In this document: piece by piece, positions 1 through 13,610 of the stretch
Layout: each line of letters starts with the position of its first letter
Numbering within the stretch: position 1 is the first letter of the stretch
Assembly: GCF_009914755.1 (NCBI RefSeq)
Contig: NC_060926.1
Origin: the human T2T-CHM13v2.0 reference genome, Homo sapiens
Length of the DNA stretch: 64,000 bases
Reading direction: 5' to 3' (one strand)
Program-made: the position numbers and the translations under genes
Notes under the pieces: generated by a model
Databases searched by the model: none
What the model saw: the letters and a program-made list of their open reading frames with translations, nothing else
What the model was told of the DNA's origin: nothing

Positions 1-852
1 TTGTCAGGTTTAATCAATCCTTTTTTTTTTAGTCTAGTTGTCTGAATTTAAAGATATCTAAAAAGAATTGGTGTTAAATGAAAGATTTTAACACATTTCA
101 AACGGAATTAGTTTTCAAACTACAATGTAATTGTGGCAAACTCACTAAGGATAGGAGGTAAAGTAGATGGGAACACACTCAAAAGACCAGAGCTGGGCAT
201 CCGCAACTTTTAAGTAATTTTTAATAAAAAGAGAGAGAAAATACTTGAAATTGAATGATAGTTGAACAAATCAATTATTGCTAAAGGATTTTTCCTTAAG
301 TCCTGATGGTTTTACAATGCAGAAAAGAATGCATTGGGCTTTTGACAACTTCTTCTATTCCCAGTGAAAAAGAAAGCCAACCCAGAAAATCACTTAGGAA
401 GATCCAGACAACAGATGGTACGCCAAAAGTGAACAATGATCTCAGTAACTGAGGCCTCAGAGACAAGATGATCCATTCCACAGCTGGATATTGTAAAACT
501 TGGGTACCAGTGGTGCGCAGATCTGACCATTAAAACTATGTACTTCTTGAGTCACAAACCAGTGTGTGTGACTGGTTAAAACCCAGTCACAACCTGGAAA
601 AAGTTGTGGAAAGCACCTGGGGACTGAGGAGAAGCAAACTTCCTTAGGTTTACACAGTATGGCTGGCACCTTAAGCAAGTTAAAATCGGTCTCAATTCCC
701 TGCAGAATAAGGGCAACACCAATTATGCTACCTACTTCATGCAAGAACCTAAAATGAAAAATAAAATTGCTTTTAAAATGTGCTCCAGCCAAATAAGCTG
801 GTATTTTATGAAAAGGAATGATCGCATTTTTGAGCTTGTATGTTAACCCATC

Positions 853-1350
853 GTGCCAGATCAACAATAGCTACACATTCTTTGATCTTCTTCCCATTGA
901 AAATAGGTGTTTATGGCCTCTCCTCTTCAAAGTGGGCAGGTTCTGTGACTGCTTGACTCATAGAATATGGTGGAAGTGATGCTGATAATTTCTAGGGTCG
1001 GGGCTTTAAGGACAGCTTTCACTTTCTGTCACTTGAAAAACTCTTGGAACCCAGCCTCCATGTAGTCAGGAAGCTCAAGCAGCCCCATTGTAAGTCCTGT
1101 GTCAGGAGAAACTGAGGCCTCCAGCCAATAGCCTTGATTGAGCTCCCATGTTATAACTAGCACTCACTTACTAAGCATGTAAGTGGACCATCTTGGAAAA
1201 GAATCCTCCAGCCTCCAATTGAGAATGTCTCAGCTAATGCCACTAAGCCTTGCCCAAATTGCAGATATATGAGCAAAATAAATGGTTGTTATTATTTTAA
1301 GACATTAAATTTTCATGTGATTGGTTACGCAAAAGTAGATAACCAGAACA
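853..1350 (+). mobile_element. MaLR solo LTR, MLT1F/G/H-like
   Basis: MLT1 motifs 'tgtgactgcttgactcatagaatatggtggaagtga' and 'aagccttgcccaaattgcagat...aaaataaatggttgt'; typical 3' end 'gtagataaccagaaca'. Confidence 0.75.
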
Positions 1351-1529
1351 CTCACTATCTTGTATAATAATGACAATATATTATGTAATAATATTGTATA
1401 TGTAACAACTTTATGTAGTTATTATAATAATTATTATTAACAGGAATAATAATTTGCAGTTATTTAACATTAGGTTCCAGGCACTACATTATGGGCTTCA
1501 CTTGCATACTTCTACTACTTTCTAATTAT

Positions 1530-1660
1530 ATGTTTGTTTGTTTATCTATTCATTGTGGTCTTAGTAGACTGCTAGCAACATGAGGGAAAGGAATGTGTTT
1601 TATTCACCACAGTACACTAAGTGCCAAGCACAATGACTAACATATAAATAGACATTATAT
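1530..1660 (+). mobile_element. L2 3'-end fragment
   Basis: 'tagactgctagcaacatgagggaaaggaatgtgttttattcaccac...gtgccaagcacaatg' resembles the L2 3' terminus. Confidence 0.5.
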
Positions 1661-4114
1661 GACTAGCATATAAATAACATAAAAACTATTCTATCAGATA
1701 ATTTTTTCTATACTAAAACTTTATCAGATTGCTTTTTCATAACAAAGGAATCAATACAAACCTTGAAAAGGTCAGGACAAAAAAAGAAGCTAGAGACTGA
1801 GAGAAAGAGTAAGAGCTCAACAACTCAGCTGAACACAGTGGCATTTATAAGAAGTCTTTGGAAAGTAGTTATTCAGGCTATGCCTAAACTATGTGGTTGA
1901 ATCATTTGGTTAATCATTAATCATTTGCTACTTATTGTTTAGTGACTAACCAAAATGGTCTAACCTCTTATGCACATGGACATAATGAAAAAGAGAAGGA
2001 AACATCAGGGAAAGTTGGATGGCTTTCACCTAATGTGGAAAATAAAAACAAAAACAAAGGCTCTGTGGCAGTGTTGCCAGGGGCTTATTCCTCTGGGCAC
2101 CAAATCCTGCTGCACTTGCCATAGATCATACCACTCAAGTGATACTGTTTGGCCTTCACCCTCATCCAGGTGCTGAAGTGACAGCCTAGAGAAGGATATG
2201 ATTTGTACTAGACATAAGGGTGAGATGGAATTTGTCAGATGGGAGCCTGGCATTTATTACCACAATTGAATGGTCAATCAATTATCAATTGTTAATACTG
2301 AAATCATCAATTTCAGATAATTAAGAACAACTGGAGGAAGCAGAATCCTCTCAAAGGTATGGCCACCAACTACAGTGATTTAAATATCCTGGAAGGGACC
2401 TCAGCTTCATATTTGTGACATTGAGCAGAATACAGACAAATTGTCAGGCAGTTGGGTGGGGTGAAAAAGATGGGACGACAGCCAACACTATCAAAAGGAC
2501 CTGAGTTCATGAATATCTGGGCTAGCTCAGTGAAGCTAAGGAGGAAGTGGATATGAAAGTCAATATTTTAAACTATGCAAGATGAATAATAAACTGGGGA
2601 TAAACAATAGAGCAAACAGAACTGAACCTTCAAATGGCAAACTTTCAGGCTGTCCTGGAAGAGGTCACATTACATGGAACTTCATGTGCTTTTAGGCTTT
2701 GGGAAGTCAGTGGCCTAGGATGACAAAGAAAGAGAAACACAAAGGCCATTTGCAGAGGAAAGTGTATTTCATCCTGAAGCTGCCATCCTCAGATCGATTC
2801 ACTGACTAACCTGGTCAAAGAACTCATGGCTACAAGTCCATCTGGCAGATGTAATAGTGGGCAGGGCCAGTGACATGCAGGGACCCCACCCAATCCACAC
2901 CCTTCCAAAGGACTCTACAGGGCCAGCACTCAGAGCCCTGCTGCTCTGAATGTTTTGCCAAAAGAAACATTCAGATGCCAACACTGACAGTGAACATGAG
3001 TGAGCAAAGCAAAACACGCAAGGGCAGCCTGTAGCAAGACTAAAGAAAAACCACCATTCTGTCCACCAGGCAGGTCAAGGCCATAAATGCTCTACTGGAG
3101 ACTGGGTTACACCAGAAAGAATACAGAAACTAGTTAAGGTTGGAGGTATATTTTCCTAGGTGACCTCCAGATAAAGGTTAAGGAGGAAGCTAACGAGAGG
3201 AGGCTGTATGTAAAATGTACGTCAATTTCCATTGTTTTGAATAAACCCACATCGTACAGCTGGTAGATGATAAATCTCTGGTTTACATTGGTCTATTATT
3301 TAATTAGGCCAACCCTTCATGACTGATGGTATTTTGTCATTTTAACGATTCTTTATTTTTCTCACATCTAATTGGGAAATCACTGTTTATCATGGTTATG
3401 GTTTCTTTATTGTACCATCTTCTAGCCGCTGTCCAAGATGACGTGAACTCCAGGCTATTGACTTTCCTCTACCTTCAATGGAAATTGTCATGGAGAATTA
3501 AGTTTTTGACAAATCTACAGCCTATGTGCAGGGCTTCTTCCTGGGTGTAACAATAAGGAATTTGGAAACTGTCTCTAGTTTTGGCCTGGAGTCACACTGC
3601 AGCTTGAGACCCTGTCATTTCCATCAAGCTTGAAAATATACATCTTAATAAACTGCAATACTTCTTAAACCTTGATGGTATCTGTGAACATGATGAAAAG
3701 GGTTTTCACCATCAGATTTGAAACGTTTGGCTTTTTTGTTTTTAAATCATAGACTTCTGTTGTCTAAAACAAGTTCAGGCAGTAGGAAGGAACGAAGAGA
3801 GTTCAGATTTATTCACATGGTATTTTCCCAGAAGAGTCTCTTTTTTTAAGAAGCAATTTTTAGGCCATCTACATTAGGCCCATGCAAATGAAAAGATCAG
3901 AGTTTAATTAATCTTGTCCTGAGTAAGAGAAGTGACAAATAGCAATTAAGTGTTTTGTGTTCCTCAAGGAATTTTCCTGCTTACTTTCTCTTTGTTTCTC
4001 AAGGGAGGGAGTTACTCTCCCTATTGGAAAATGCTCGGTGGAGAGGGCTAAAGCTAGTGACTCATATCCTGATTATCTTTCTTGAGCATGGCATGGGAGA
4101 AATAATGGAAATTT

Positions 4115-4200
4115 CTGGAGCCACACAGACCTAGGTTCCATCATTTGTCAGCTATGAGATGTTGGCTAATGTACGTAATTTCCTTCTTTATAAAACAGAG
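4115..4200 (+). mobile_element. MIR fragment
   Basis: 'gagccacacagacctaggttc...tttataaaacagag' resembles a degenerate MIR core. Confidence 0.4.
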
Positions 4201-4563
4201 CTAAGAGGGCCAACCTTTCTCACAATAAAGTCAAGGCAGCCACTTTCTTCTCCATGGGTTGAGTTGGCGTGAAAAGAAGACTCCTGGCAGAATGCAACTT
4301 GAACCTGAAGAGCTTTATTCAAGAACAATTGAAACTGGAAATTATGTTTCTAACATCACACTGCCTTGTACTTCATGCGCTTTATTCTACAGAGTACTTT
4401 AAGGCTACACCTACACCTCAGAATGTTTGAATTTATTCAAGAAACAAAACTAGGTTAAATAATAATATAAAATGATGACAATGATAATAATAATAATAAT
4501 TGATGTTATTGCTATGGAGCTGAGTAGAAAGAAAGTACTTTTTTGGTTAAAAGATCTCAAGTT

Positions 4564-4871
4564 GGCCAGGCGCAATGGCTTACACCTGTAATTCCAGCAC
4601 TTTGGGAGGCCAAGGCGGGTGGATCACGAGGTCAGGAGATCAAGACCATCCTGGCTAACATGGTGAAACCCCATCTCTACTAAAAATACACAAAATTAAC
4701 CAGGCGTGGTGGCACGTGCCTATAATCCCAGCTACTCAGGAGGCTGAGGCAGGAGAATGGCTTGAACCCGGGAGGCAGAGGTTGCAGCGGGCCAAGATTG
4801 CCCCACTGTACTCTAGTCTGGGTGACAGAGCGAGACTCCATCTCAAAAAAAAAAAAAAAAACAAAACAAAA
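4564..4871 (+). mobile_element. Alu SINE (AluSc/Sc8-like)
   Basis: Full dimer with 'ggatcacgaggtcaggagatcaagaccatcctggctaacatgg' and poly(A) tail; partial TSD 'ctcaagt'. Confidence 0.95.
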
Positions 4872-6220
4872 CTCAAGTCACTGGCTGGTTGCCTTTTTCA
4901 CTGTTCAGTTGATCTTTGAGGCACCATTAGACTTAACAGTCAATGTCTTTATCAAGGAAAACAATCAGCAAGTATATTAATTAGGGCATTGCTTACACTT
5001 TTACTGCAAGTCTGATTTTAAGTTGGATGCCTGTCTTCATTAAAGTCATTAATACTCTAAGTGAATTTGTGCCTGAAATTTCATATGTATTTAGGAATTA
5101 CACATTTTTTGCTTTTTACCGTGGGACCTTTAAGCTATGAGCAATCTCCCTGTTGCAGACATCTAAAATTACAAACAGAGCTGTTTAGGTATATTAACAA
5201 GTGCCTCACCTTCAAAGTTGAAAATGGAAATTAAACAGAAGTGTACAGGATAGGATCATTGACAAAACCCTATGAGTATTAGCTTCTCTTTATTGGTACA
5301 TGTAAATGTCTTCTGCAGCTGGCCACTGATGAGCACAGCCAGCATCTTAAGTCATGATTGGCATTGGCATTCGCTCTTCATTCTTCCCCAGAATAACAGA
5401 ACTCATAGAATCCATCCCTCCCAGGTGTCACTGTAGAGTGAGTACCACTATATCACCTTTATAAAACAGTGTGTATCTTGAATCTAAGATCTCCTGCAGG
5501 GTCTCCTTCAAAACAATTGATCTTAAGGGTCCTGGATGTGGTGTGGTGGTGATGACCACAGTTCTGTTCTGATGTCCACTACTCTGTGATCTTTGGCTTT
5601 GTGGACCACTGACAGACCCAGGCTACTGTTTATGAAGCTGCTGACCCTCCCTTGGATCTCTGACCTCTAGGAAGCAGAAAGATCCTTGTGATTAGCTATT
5701 TTTGCAGGAGTTCCTCACAGCAGAATTGTCCAGATGTTTTAGGAAGGGGAAAGGGACAGGGGTGTGAGGAGGTTGGTGAGGTGCAGCTTCACCCTATGCT
5801 AGGATCATGCTCCCTCTTCCAGAGTTTATGCTAGTCTCTTTGGTTCTTTCAGCACCTAGCCTTTCCTCTGGCAGAGCAAGTGCTCCATTGTTTTATCTGC
5901 TAGCCCCAAAGACCCCCTCAGCAGCTGCTGGAGCATCGAACACATCTGTGACCCAATTCAAATTATTTCTAAAAGGAATAACTGGCCCTACACAATTCAA
6001 GGGACATAAATCTCAGTGTTTCATAACATTTCCTAAAAGCTCAGAAACTCCCAAAACATCTAGAGGCCAGCAGGGCCTCGTTCCAGCAGAATTAGAGTTC
6101 AGCCTAGCAGTGTCACATTGATCCACTTCAACATCTCAAGTCTCAGTTAGCTTTTGTTGGCAATAATATATTCCAGAAAATGAAATCAGCCCACATACCT
6201 AATAGGTACACCTTGAGGCC

Positions 6221-6587
6221 TGCATCTCAGTCAGCCTGGGCCACTGTAACAAAGTACTATAGGCTGGGTGGCTTATAAATGAGAGAAATTTCTCTCTGAC
6301 AGTTCTAGAGGCTAGAAGTCCAAGATCAGGGTTCCAGGATGGTCCGAGTCTCATGAAGGCCCTCTTCTGGGATGCAGAGTGCCAGCTTTTCATTATATCT
6401 TCACATAGTGGAGAGTGTGAAAAAGCTCTCTGGGGACCCTGTTCTAAGAGCACTGATCCCATTTACAAGGGCTTCACTCTCATAACTTAATTACCTCCCA
6501 AGGCCCAACCTTCTAATACCATCACATTGAGGATTAGGATTTTGACATACAAATCCTGGTGGAGGACACAAGCATTTGGTCCATAAG
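6221..6587 (-). mobile_element. MaLR solo LTR, MLT1A/MLT1A0-like
   Basis: 'cagttctagaggctagaagtccaagatcagg' and 'taattacctcccaaggccc...taataccatcacattgaggattaggattttgacata'. Confidence 0.85.
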
Positions 6588-6889
6588 AGTTGGTCATAGT
6601 CTGGTCACATCTCACCTACCTGTCCTGATTACCAACTCTTTTCTTCAGCAGCTCAACAACTGTTCATCCTTTCTCTAGCCCACACTGTCCTCTCAGTTCT
6701 CTGTCCACATAAGCTGACAGCAAAATCACAGTAGGTCATTGTTTTCCAACCTCACATCCTTTCCTGTTGGCTTGAGTTTTCCAGCTAAATTGTATGTTCA
6801 TTATGCTTTCTTATATCCACACAGTAACATGATATACTCTGTCACAGAGGCACAATAAATCAAATTAAATTTAAAACTATTGCCTGGTT

Positions 6890-7400
6890 AGTTCATTTGT
6901 GGTTATGTCTAACAGCTGTAGTAGGCACTACAGGCTATAAAAAAGTGGAATATGGGGCCGGGTGCAGTGGCTCACGCCTGTAATTCCAGCACTTTGGGAG
7001 GCCGAGGCGGGTGGATCACAAGGTCAGGAGTTCAAGACCAGCCTGGCCAAGATGGTGAAACCCCGCCTCTACTAAAAATACAAAAATTAGTCGGGTGTGG
7101 TGGTGGGCACCTGTAATCCCAGCTACTTGGGAAGCTGAGGCAGAGAATTGCTTGAACCTGGGAGGCGTAGGTTGCAGCGAGCCGAGATTATGCCACTGTA
7201 CTCCAGCCTGGGCAACAGAGTGAGCTCCATCTCAAAAACAAAAAAACAAAAAACAAACAAACAAAAAAAAACCAAAAACAAACAAACAAACAAAAGTGGA
7301 CTATGATATGGTCCCTGTCCTCAAACATCTCCCAATCTCATTGAGAAGGCAAAAAATACAACAAAAATAATACAACTATAAGCAAATGCTAAGCTTGGTG
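6890..7400 (-). mobile_element. L2 fragment split by an Alu
   Basis: 'gtaggcactacaggctataaaaaagtg...atatggtccctgtcctcaaacatctcccaatct' reads continuously once the Alu is removed. Confidence 0.5.
6956..7291 (+). mobile_element. Alu SINE (AluSg-like) with (CAAA)n tail
   Basis: Full dimer with 'gatcacaaggtcaggagttcaagaccagcctggccaagatgg'; TSD aaaagtgga[a/c]tatg at 6941-6954 and 7292-7305. Confidence 0.95.
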
Positions 7401-7554
7401 CACCTAGGTGTTTCTTTGGTATCCAGGAAGGGGATAGTATAAGGTAAACTGAAGTTAACTAGAAAGATTTTATGGCTATGATAAAATCAGTGATTGGCCT
7501 CAAACAATTACACAAGTTGAGGAGACTGTTTAAAAAATGTGGGGTGTTTGTATT

Positions 7555-8211
7555 TTGTATAAACCTGTACATTAATCTTCAGAGAAGCTTTATTCACCCT
7601 AACCAAAAACAGAAAATAGCTCAGAAGTCCTTTCCTGAGTGAATGGTTAAACAAACTGTGGTTACATTCACACCATGGAATACTATGCAGGAATAAAAAG
7701 GAATGGACTATTGATGTGTGTAGCAACCTGATGACTCTGCAGGGAATTATACTGAGTGAAGAAAAGCCAATCCGAAAAGGTTACATAATGCATGATTCTA
7801 TTTATATCACATTTTAAAAATTTAGAAACGAAGACTAGATTAAAGTGGTTGCCACAGATTTGGAGAAGGGGCAGGAGAGAGATGGAGATGGTTATCAAAG
7901 GGCAACCCAAGGTTCCTTGTGGAGATGGAACTGTTCAGTCTCTTGACCGTGATGATAGATACTCAAATCCACACGTCATTAAATTATATAGAACTAAACA
8001 CACACACACACACACACAAAACAAGTAAAAATAGGGAAATCTGGCTAAAGCCTGTGGATTATATCAATCCTGGTTGTGATACTGTACTATGGTTTTACAA
8101 AATGTTCCATTGGGGAAACTGGGTAAAGGATACAAAGCATCTCTCTGGATTATTTATTACAACAGCATGTGAATCTACAATTATCTAAATAAAAAATTTC
8201 AATTAAAAAAA
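7555..8211 (+). mobile_element. L1MD-like 3' end (ORF2 terminus and 3'UTR)
   Basis: 'gaatggttaaacaaactgtgg...ccatggaatactat', internal (CA)n, and the end 'gcatgtgaatctacaattatct' plus A-rich tail. Confidence 0.8.
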
Positions 8212-8574
8212 CCCAGCAGAATGTCATTTCAGATGATAAGGTATAGCATAAGCCAGGCAGTGAAACTTAGATCACATCCAATATTAAGTTTCAGAAGACT
8301 TGGTTTCATGAAAATTTCTTAACCTGCTAAGCTTCTTTGCCTCAATTTATAAGTCAAAAATTTATAAATAGAAGGTATCGTAAAGTGGTGAGGAAAAATT
8401 AAGCATGACATTTAAACATTCAAAGAAGATGATTTCATGTCATCCAGTTACACCGCTTCCAACTTGGGGAGACCACCCCCATTTCATTGAAAGGGTCAGA
8501 GGATGGAAGAAATAAGATGATGTTTTGCAAGAAAGTATTTAAAATTAAAATATCCCTCCCAATTGCCCCAAAAG

Positions 8575-8740
8575 CCTAGGGGTTCTTAAACAATGATATA
8601 CATAAGATTCATTTCAATGTGTGAAAATACAGCTTCCTGGGCCCACACCTAGAGATTGACATTTGGTGGAGTTGCATAGGATTCTGGAATTCTACATCTA
8701 ATAAGCAACCCAGGTGATTCTAATCTACCTGGAATAAGAA
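8575..8740. mobile_element. MER5-like hAT-Charlie DNA transposon relic
   Basis: 'aaaatacagcttcctgggcccacacctagagattgac...ataagcaacccaggtgattcta'. Confidence 0.6.
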
Positions 8741-10540
8741 ATCAGAGTCAAAGAGCATACTTACCAAAAATGCAAAATTTTTTAAGACCCACTACTTTTG
8801 TCACACAATAGTTTAACTTTATTCTGATGATTCAGTGGAATTTATAGAAAGACGTTTGGGTACTTAAAGGTCTGGGTCATGTTCTTGTGTGGTTGGGAGT
8901 GGAGAGAGAAGAGGAAGCTGTCAAAGTATAAAACCTTCCCAGCCCTCCCCTTCTAATCACAACTCATCAAAGAGCATTTTGCACAGGGAGATCAAAGTCC
9001 CTTGCCGAAGAGAGGTTGAAAGACTTTGCTGTTGTAATTCTGGGGCAGAGGTGCTTGGATATAAATGAGCCCTAACTGTGGGTTTGGGGGACCCTGCAAT
9101 GTAGAAATGTAAACACAGATGTCAGGCCTTTCATCCCCACTATATAAACATACCAGCTGCCAGGGGAAGGAGAAACCCTTCAGAATTAGCTGCATTTTTT
9201 TGCCATCTAGAGTATAAAAATTGGCTTGACACTTGAATTTCCATCAGCAACTTGAAGCATTGTTGACCAGAGTAGGGCTAACAATGGAACATCATCCACA
9301 GGCTGAGTGGCTCTTCTCTCTAGGAGACGTTCAGTTCTTGCCATTCTCTGACATATGGGTGGCTGTTCCAGAAAAAGAGAATGAGAAGAGGTGGTGGCAC
9401 CCTTTCACAAAATCCCTAGACTCACAGAGAGGGGTCTTAAAAAATGGGTGGCCATTTTGTTTCCAGGGTTCTATAAACCAAGAGTCTGACTGAGATTTAT
9501 AATCCTTATTGACCCAGAGTTAGGGAAAATGGAAGAAGCAAACCCTTAAGAGTTTTTGTGAGAAAAACTGAATTGCTTCCAGGAAAAGAGGATATGATTA
9601 TTCCAACACATGAATATTTGAAGGGCCACAGCTGGTTTAGCCACAACAAAACCACAACAGACCTCCTCTCACACTATTAAATATTTTTTTTAAAAAAGGA
9701 AATGATGGAAAGAACCATTTCTGAAAAAAACTAAATGTGCAAAAAAGTATAATGGGAAGTGCATTTTACAATAAAACACTTCAATCCATGGAGAAATGTG
9801 TCTTCAATTACATCTCAAGCTAGCATGCCCGCTTGCATATGCATGTAAGTCTCGTGTTTTCCACAGAGCCTCAGTTCCGAAAGACCTGAAGTGTTGTAGC
9901 AAAAGCATATGAAGAGTGTCTTTTCATTGGAACAGAGATGGCCTTTCTTCTGAAAACATGACAGTCAAATATCTTCTGGCAATGGATATGCTCGTTGTTA
10001 CATTATTAGCAATACACATCAACCCAAGATGATAAAAATGAATCTGAAATTACCAAGCAACCTATATATGTGAACTTATTGGACAGAGGCCATTGTGGTT
10101 TAGGACACATTACTTCAAATAAAATGTATTCCTTTAAAAATCATTCATCAGAGTATTGTAAAAGGATTATCACAGTGGGCTTTTAAAATAGCTTTGTTTA
10201 GAAGGGATCAGCTAAGCCAGCTGTATGTAATAGAAGATCCAATCAATTCAGGATAAATGCATCATAGGTATTAACTAGAAATATTTTGCTGCTGATATTT
10301 AGCTTATAAGATACTATTTTCTACAGTCAGGTTATGGACTACAATTAAACTCAAATCTATGTGGACAGTATCTTCTACTTACAAGTAGATTCATTCAAGA
10401 AGGCTGTTCTTAAATCCATTTGCTTCTAAGTTCAAAAGATCACACACAATAATGCATTTGTACACCCTTTTGCTTTTACAAGAGCATTCTAGATGTTGAT
10501 TGCATTGTTTCTGTCCCTTCTTGTTTGTTTCAAAATCTCA

Positions 10541-10601
10541 TGTATGTATGTGTGTGTATGTATTTGTGTGTGATATGTATTGCTATGTATGTGTTTATGT
10601 A
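10541..10601. repeat. (TG/TA)-rich simple repeat
   Basis: tgtatgtatgtgtgtgtatgtatttgtgtgtg... Confidence 0.7.
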
Positions 10602-10920
10602 TCCAAAATAGTACCTCAAACAGCACACACACCAGAATATCTCAATATTTCAGACTTCAAATGGCTATGCAAGACAGCCAGTGCCACCTGTGGATGCAGG
10701 CAGAGTTGACTTTCCTTTATTAGCAATCTGAAAGTTTCTTAGGTTGAGTAAATAATGTAGCTTATGTAATTCTTAATTTATACTTTAACATGGCCAAGAT
10801 ATGCATAATAATTTGGTTCCAGTGTAACTCTGCAGGCCGGTCTCTCATCTATTCTATGCTGCATTCAAACTCTTCTGTTTGTTTTATTTTTTAGTTCCTC
10901 TAGAGTACTGTTTTCTTCTC

Positions 10921-11172
10921 TTCAATTAATAATTTTTTTATTGATGACCTATTATGTGCTAGGCAAGGTTCTAAGTTCAGAGGATACAGTAGTGAATCAA
11001 ACAGACAAAATTCCCTGCCTTCTTAGAGCTTATGTTCTAGTTGGGGAAAGACAAAATAAATAAATATGTAAAATATATATTATGTCAAATAGTCATAAGT
11101 ACTATGCAACACATGCATGGAAGATGGAGGAGTTGGAAGGGAGGAATTGCCACTTAAAATGTGATGGACAGG
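10921..11172 (-). mobile_element. L2a 3' end (left part of an interrupted L2)
   Basis: 'tttattgatgacctattatgtgctaggcaaggttctaag...aggatacagtagtgaatcaaacagacaaaattccctgcc'. Confidence 0.85.
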
Positions 11173-11988
11173 CATTCAGAGTGCCTGCTTGCCTGGTTCA
11201 GCAGCCTGAGCCACTACACCCCTCCTGTGCAGAGATCTTGGTGCAGGGGGACCTCTCTGTTCCCCAGCCTAGCAGTTTTCCAAGCATCTGGAGCACCCAC
11301 TCTCCTGGATTAGGAGTTTAGGCCACCCTGCATTCCCACGCAGAGAACTTCGGGCAAAGGAGGTTTTCCAGCTCCACGCCTAGGCACACCTCTTGGGTAC
11401 GTGGTGGCTGCCCATTAGATTCTCCCTCAGTGCTGGTGCCTGTGCCTGCCATTGGATGACCTGTAGGCAGACCTGCCCAGTCTGATGCTTCCCTTTGTGA
11501 CTCTTGTAGGCCCCCAGGGCTGAGTAGGGAGCTAAGACCACTTTCATTCCAATCAGCTCATTGCCTGAGGCAACAGAGAACTTCAGCCATTAAACAAAGA
11601 TCAAATATATACCTCCTCGAGTTGCCCACAGCCGGTTCCTACCTATAAGCGCCATCTACTGCCTTGTAGGTCAAACTGCACAGCCCTACATAAAATCGAA
11701 GCCGAAAGACCCTACATAGTATTCTCCGCATTCACACCCCCTAAGGAGGGGGATAAAGGGAAAGGAAAAGAAAAATAATATTATGGGGAAAAAAGAAAAA
11801 TAAATAATCCTACTCCTGTGAAAATAATTACAACAATTAGAAGTGCCAGTATCTCCAGAAGAGAAGGAATCAGCACAAGAATTATGGCCCCATGGAAAAT
11901 AGGAAGGTAGTGACAACACCAAGGGATTGCTCTACAGCAACGGCCTCTAGCCAAAGTGGAAACTCAGAAATGACAGATAAAAAATTCA

Positions 11989-12287
11989 GGCTGGGCGCAG
12001 TGGCTCATGCCTGTAATCCCAACACTTTGGGAGGCTGAGGTGGGCGGATCACCTGAAGTCAGGAGTTCGAGACCAGCCTGGCTAACATGGAAAAACTCCA
12101 TCTCTACTAAAAATACAAAAATTAACCGGACATGGTGGCACGTGCCTGTAATCCCAGCTACTTTGGAGGCTGAGGCAGGAGAATCACTTGAACCCAGAAG
12201 GCGGGGGTTGTAGTGAGCCAAGATAATGCCACTGCACTCCAACCTGGGTGACAGAGCGCGACTGTCTAAAAAAAAAAAAAAAAAAAA
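11989..12287 (+). mobile_element. Alu SINE (AluSx/Sz-like) inside L1 ORF1
   Basis: Full dimer with 'gatcacctgaagtcaggagttcgagaccagcctgg', poly(A), TSD about 'aaaattca'. Confidence 0.95.
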
Positions 12288-13315
12288 AGAAAATTCAAGA
12301 CAAGGTTGAAAATCAACACAAAGAAACTTCTAAAGCAATCCAAGAAATGAAGGAAAAGATAAACATCTTAAAAAGAAATCAGCCAGAACTTCCAGAATTT
12401 AAAAACTTGCTTAAGGAATTTCAAAATAGAATTAAAAATTTTGTCAATAGACTGGACCAAGGAGCACAAAGAATTATGGATCTTGAAGACAAGTCTAGTT
12501 TTCCTAGTCAGATAAAAATAAAGAATAAATAATTTTTAAAAATGAACAAATTCTTCAAGAAATAGGAGATTATGTAAAGCGACCAAACTTATGAACTATT
12601 GGCATTCCTGAGAGAGAAAGAGAAAAAGTAAACAACCTGGAAAACATATTTGAGGGAATAATTCAAGAAAAATTCCCTAAAATTGCTAGATGGGTAGACA
12701 TCCAGATACAAGAAATCCAGAGAATGCATGTGAAATACTATAGAAAATAAACATCACCAAGGCATATAGTCACCACACTATATGCAGTGTCCAAGGTCAA
12801 TGCTAAAGAAATATCTTAAAGGCAGCTAGAGGAAAAAAGTCAGATCACATACAGAGGGTATCCCATCAGGCTAAAAGTGAATTTCTCAGCAGAAACCTCA
12901 TAAGCCAGGAGAGACTGGGGACCTATTTTCAGCATTCTTAAAGAAAAGAAATTCTAATGAAGAATTTCACATGCTGTCAAACTAAGTAAGCTTCATAAGT
13001 AAAGGCGAAATAAAATCTCTTCCAGATAAGCAAGCACTAAGAAATTTGTTACAACTAGACCAGCCTTACAAGAAATTCTTAAGTGAGTTCTAAATATGGA
13101 AACAAAAGAATAATACCTGCTACCACAAAAACACACTTAAGTCCATAGCCCGCAGGCCCTATAAAGCAACCACACAATAGAAACTAGAAAGCAACCAGCT
13201 AACAACTTCACAATGGGATCAAAATCTCACATAACAAATTAACCTTGCATGTAAATGGTCTAAATGTCCCACTTAAAAGGTAAAGAGTGATAAGCTGGAT
13301 TTAAAAACAAGACCT

Positions 13316-13610
13316 AGTCAGGTGCAGTGGCTCATGCTTGTAATTCCAACACTTTGTAATTCTGAGGTGAGTGGATCACTTCAGCTCAGGAGTTTGAGAC
13401 CAACCTGGGCAACATGGAAAAACCCTGTCTCTATGAAAAATACAAAAAATTAGCCAGGCATGATGGTGCACACCCAGCTACTTGGGAGCTGAGGTGGGAC
13501 GATCGCTTGAGCCTGGAAGGTCAGGGCTGCAGTGAGCCAAGATTGCACCACTGCACTCCAGCCTGGGTGACAAAGTGAGATCTTGTTAAAAAAAAAAAAA
13601 AAAAAAAAAG
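13316..13610 (+). mobile_element. Alu SINE (AluJ-like) inside L1 ORF2
   Basis: J-type diagnostics 'ctgggcaacatgg', 'gatcgcttgagcctgg', 'ggctgcagtgagc'; TSD-like tttaaaaa..aagacc on both sides. Confidence 0.9.

Noticed and set aside
457-867. 136-aa minus-strand ORF
   Set aside because: Non-ATG start, no recognisable domain or exon structure; consistent with a chance ORF.
2317-2356. Plus-strand 40-nt exon-like segment (tttcag|...AAG|gtatgg)
   Set aside because: Very weak polypyrimidine tract and an unrecognised peptide.
4716-4980. Alu-derived ORFs (also 11964-12242, 12007-12213, 44697-44943)
   Set aside because: Typical Alu translation artefacts.
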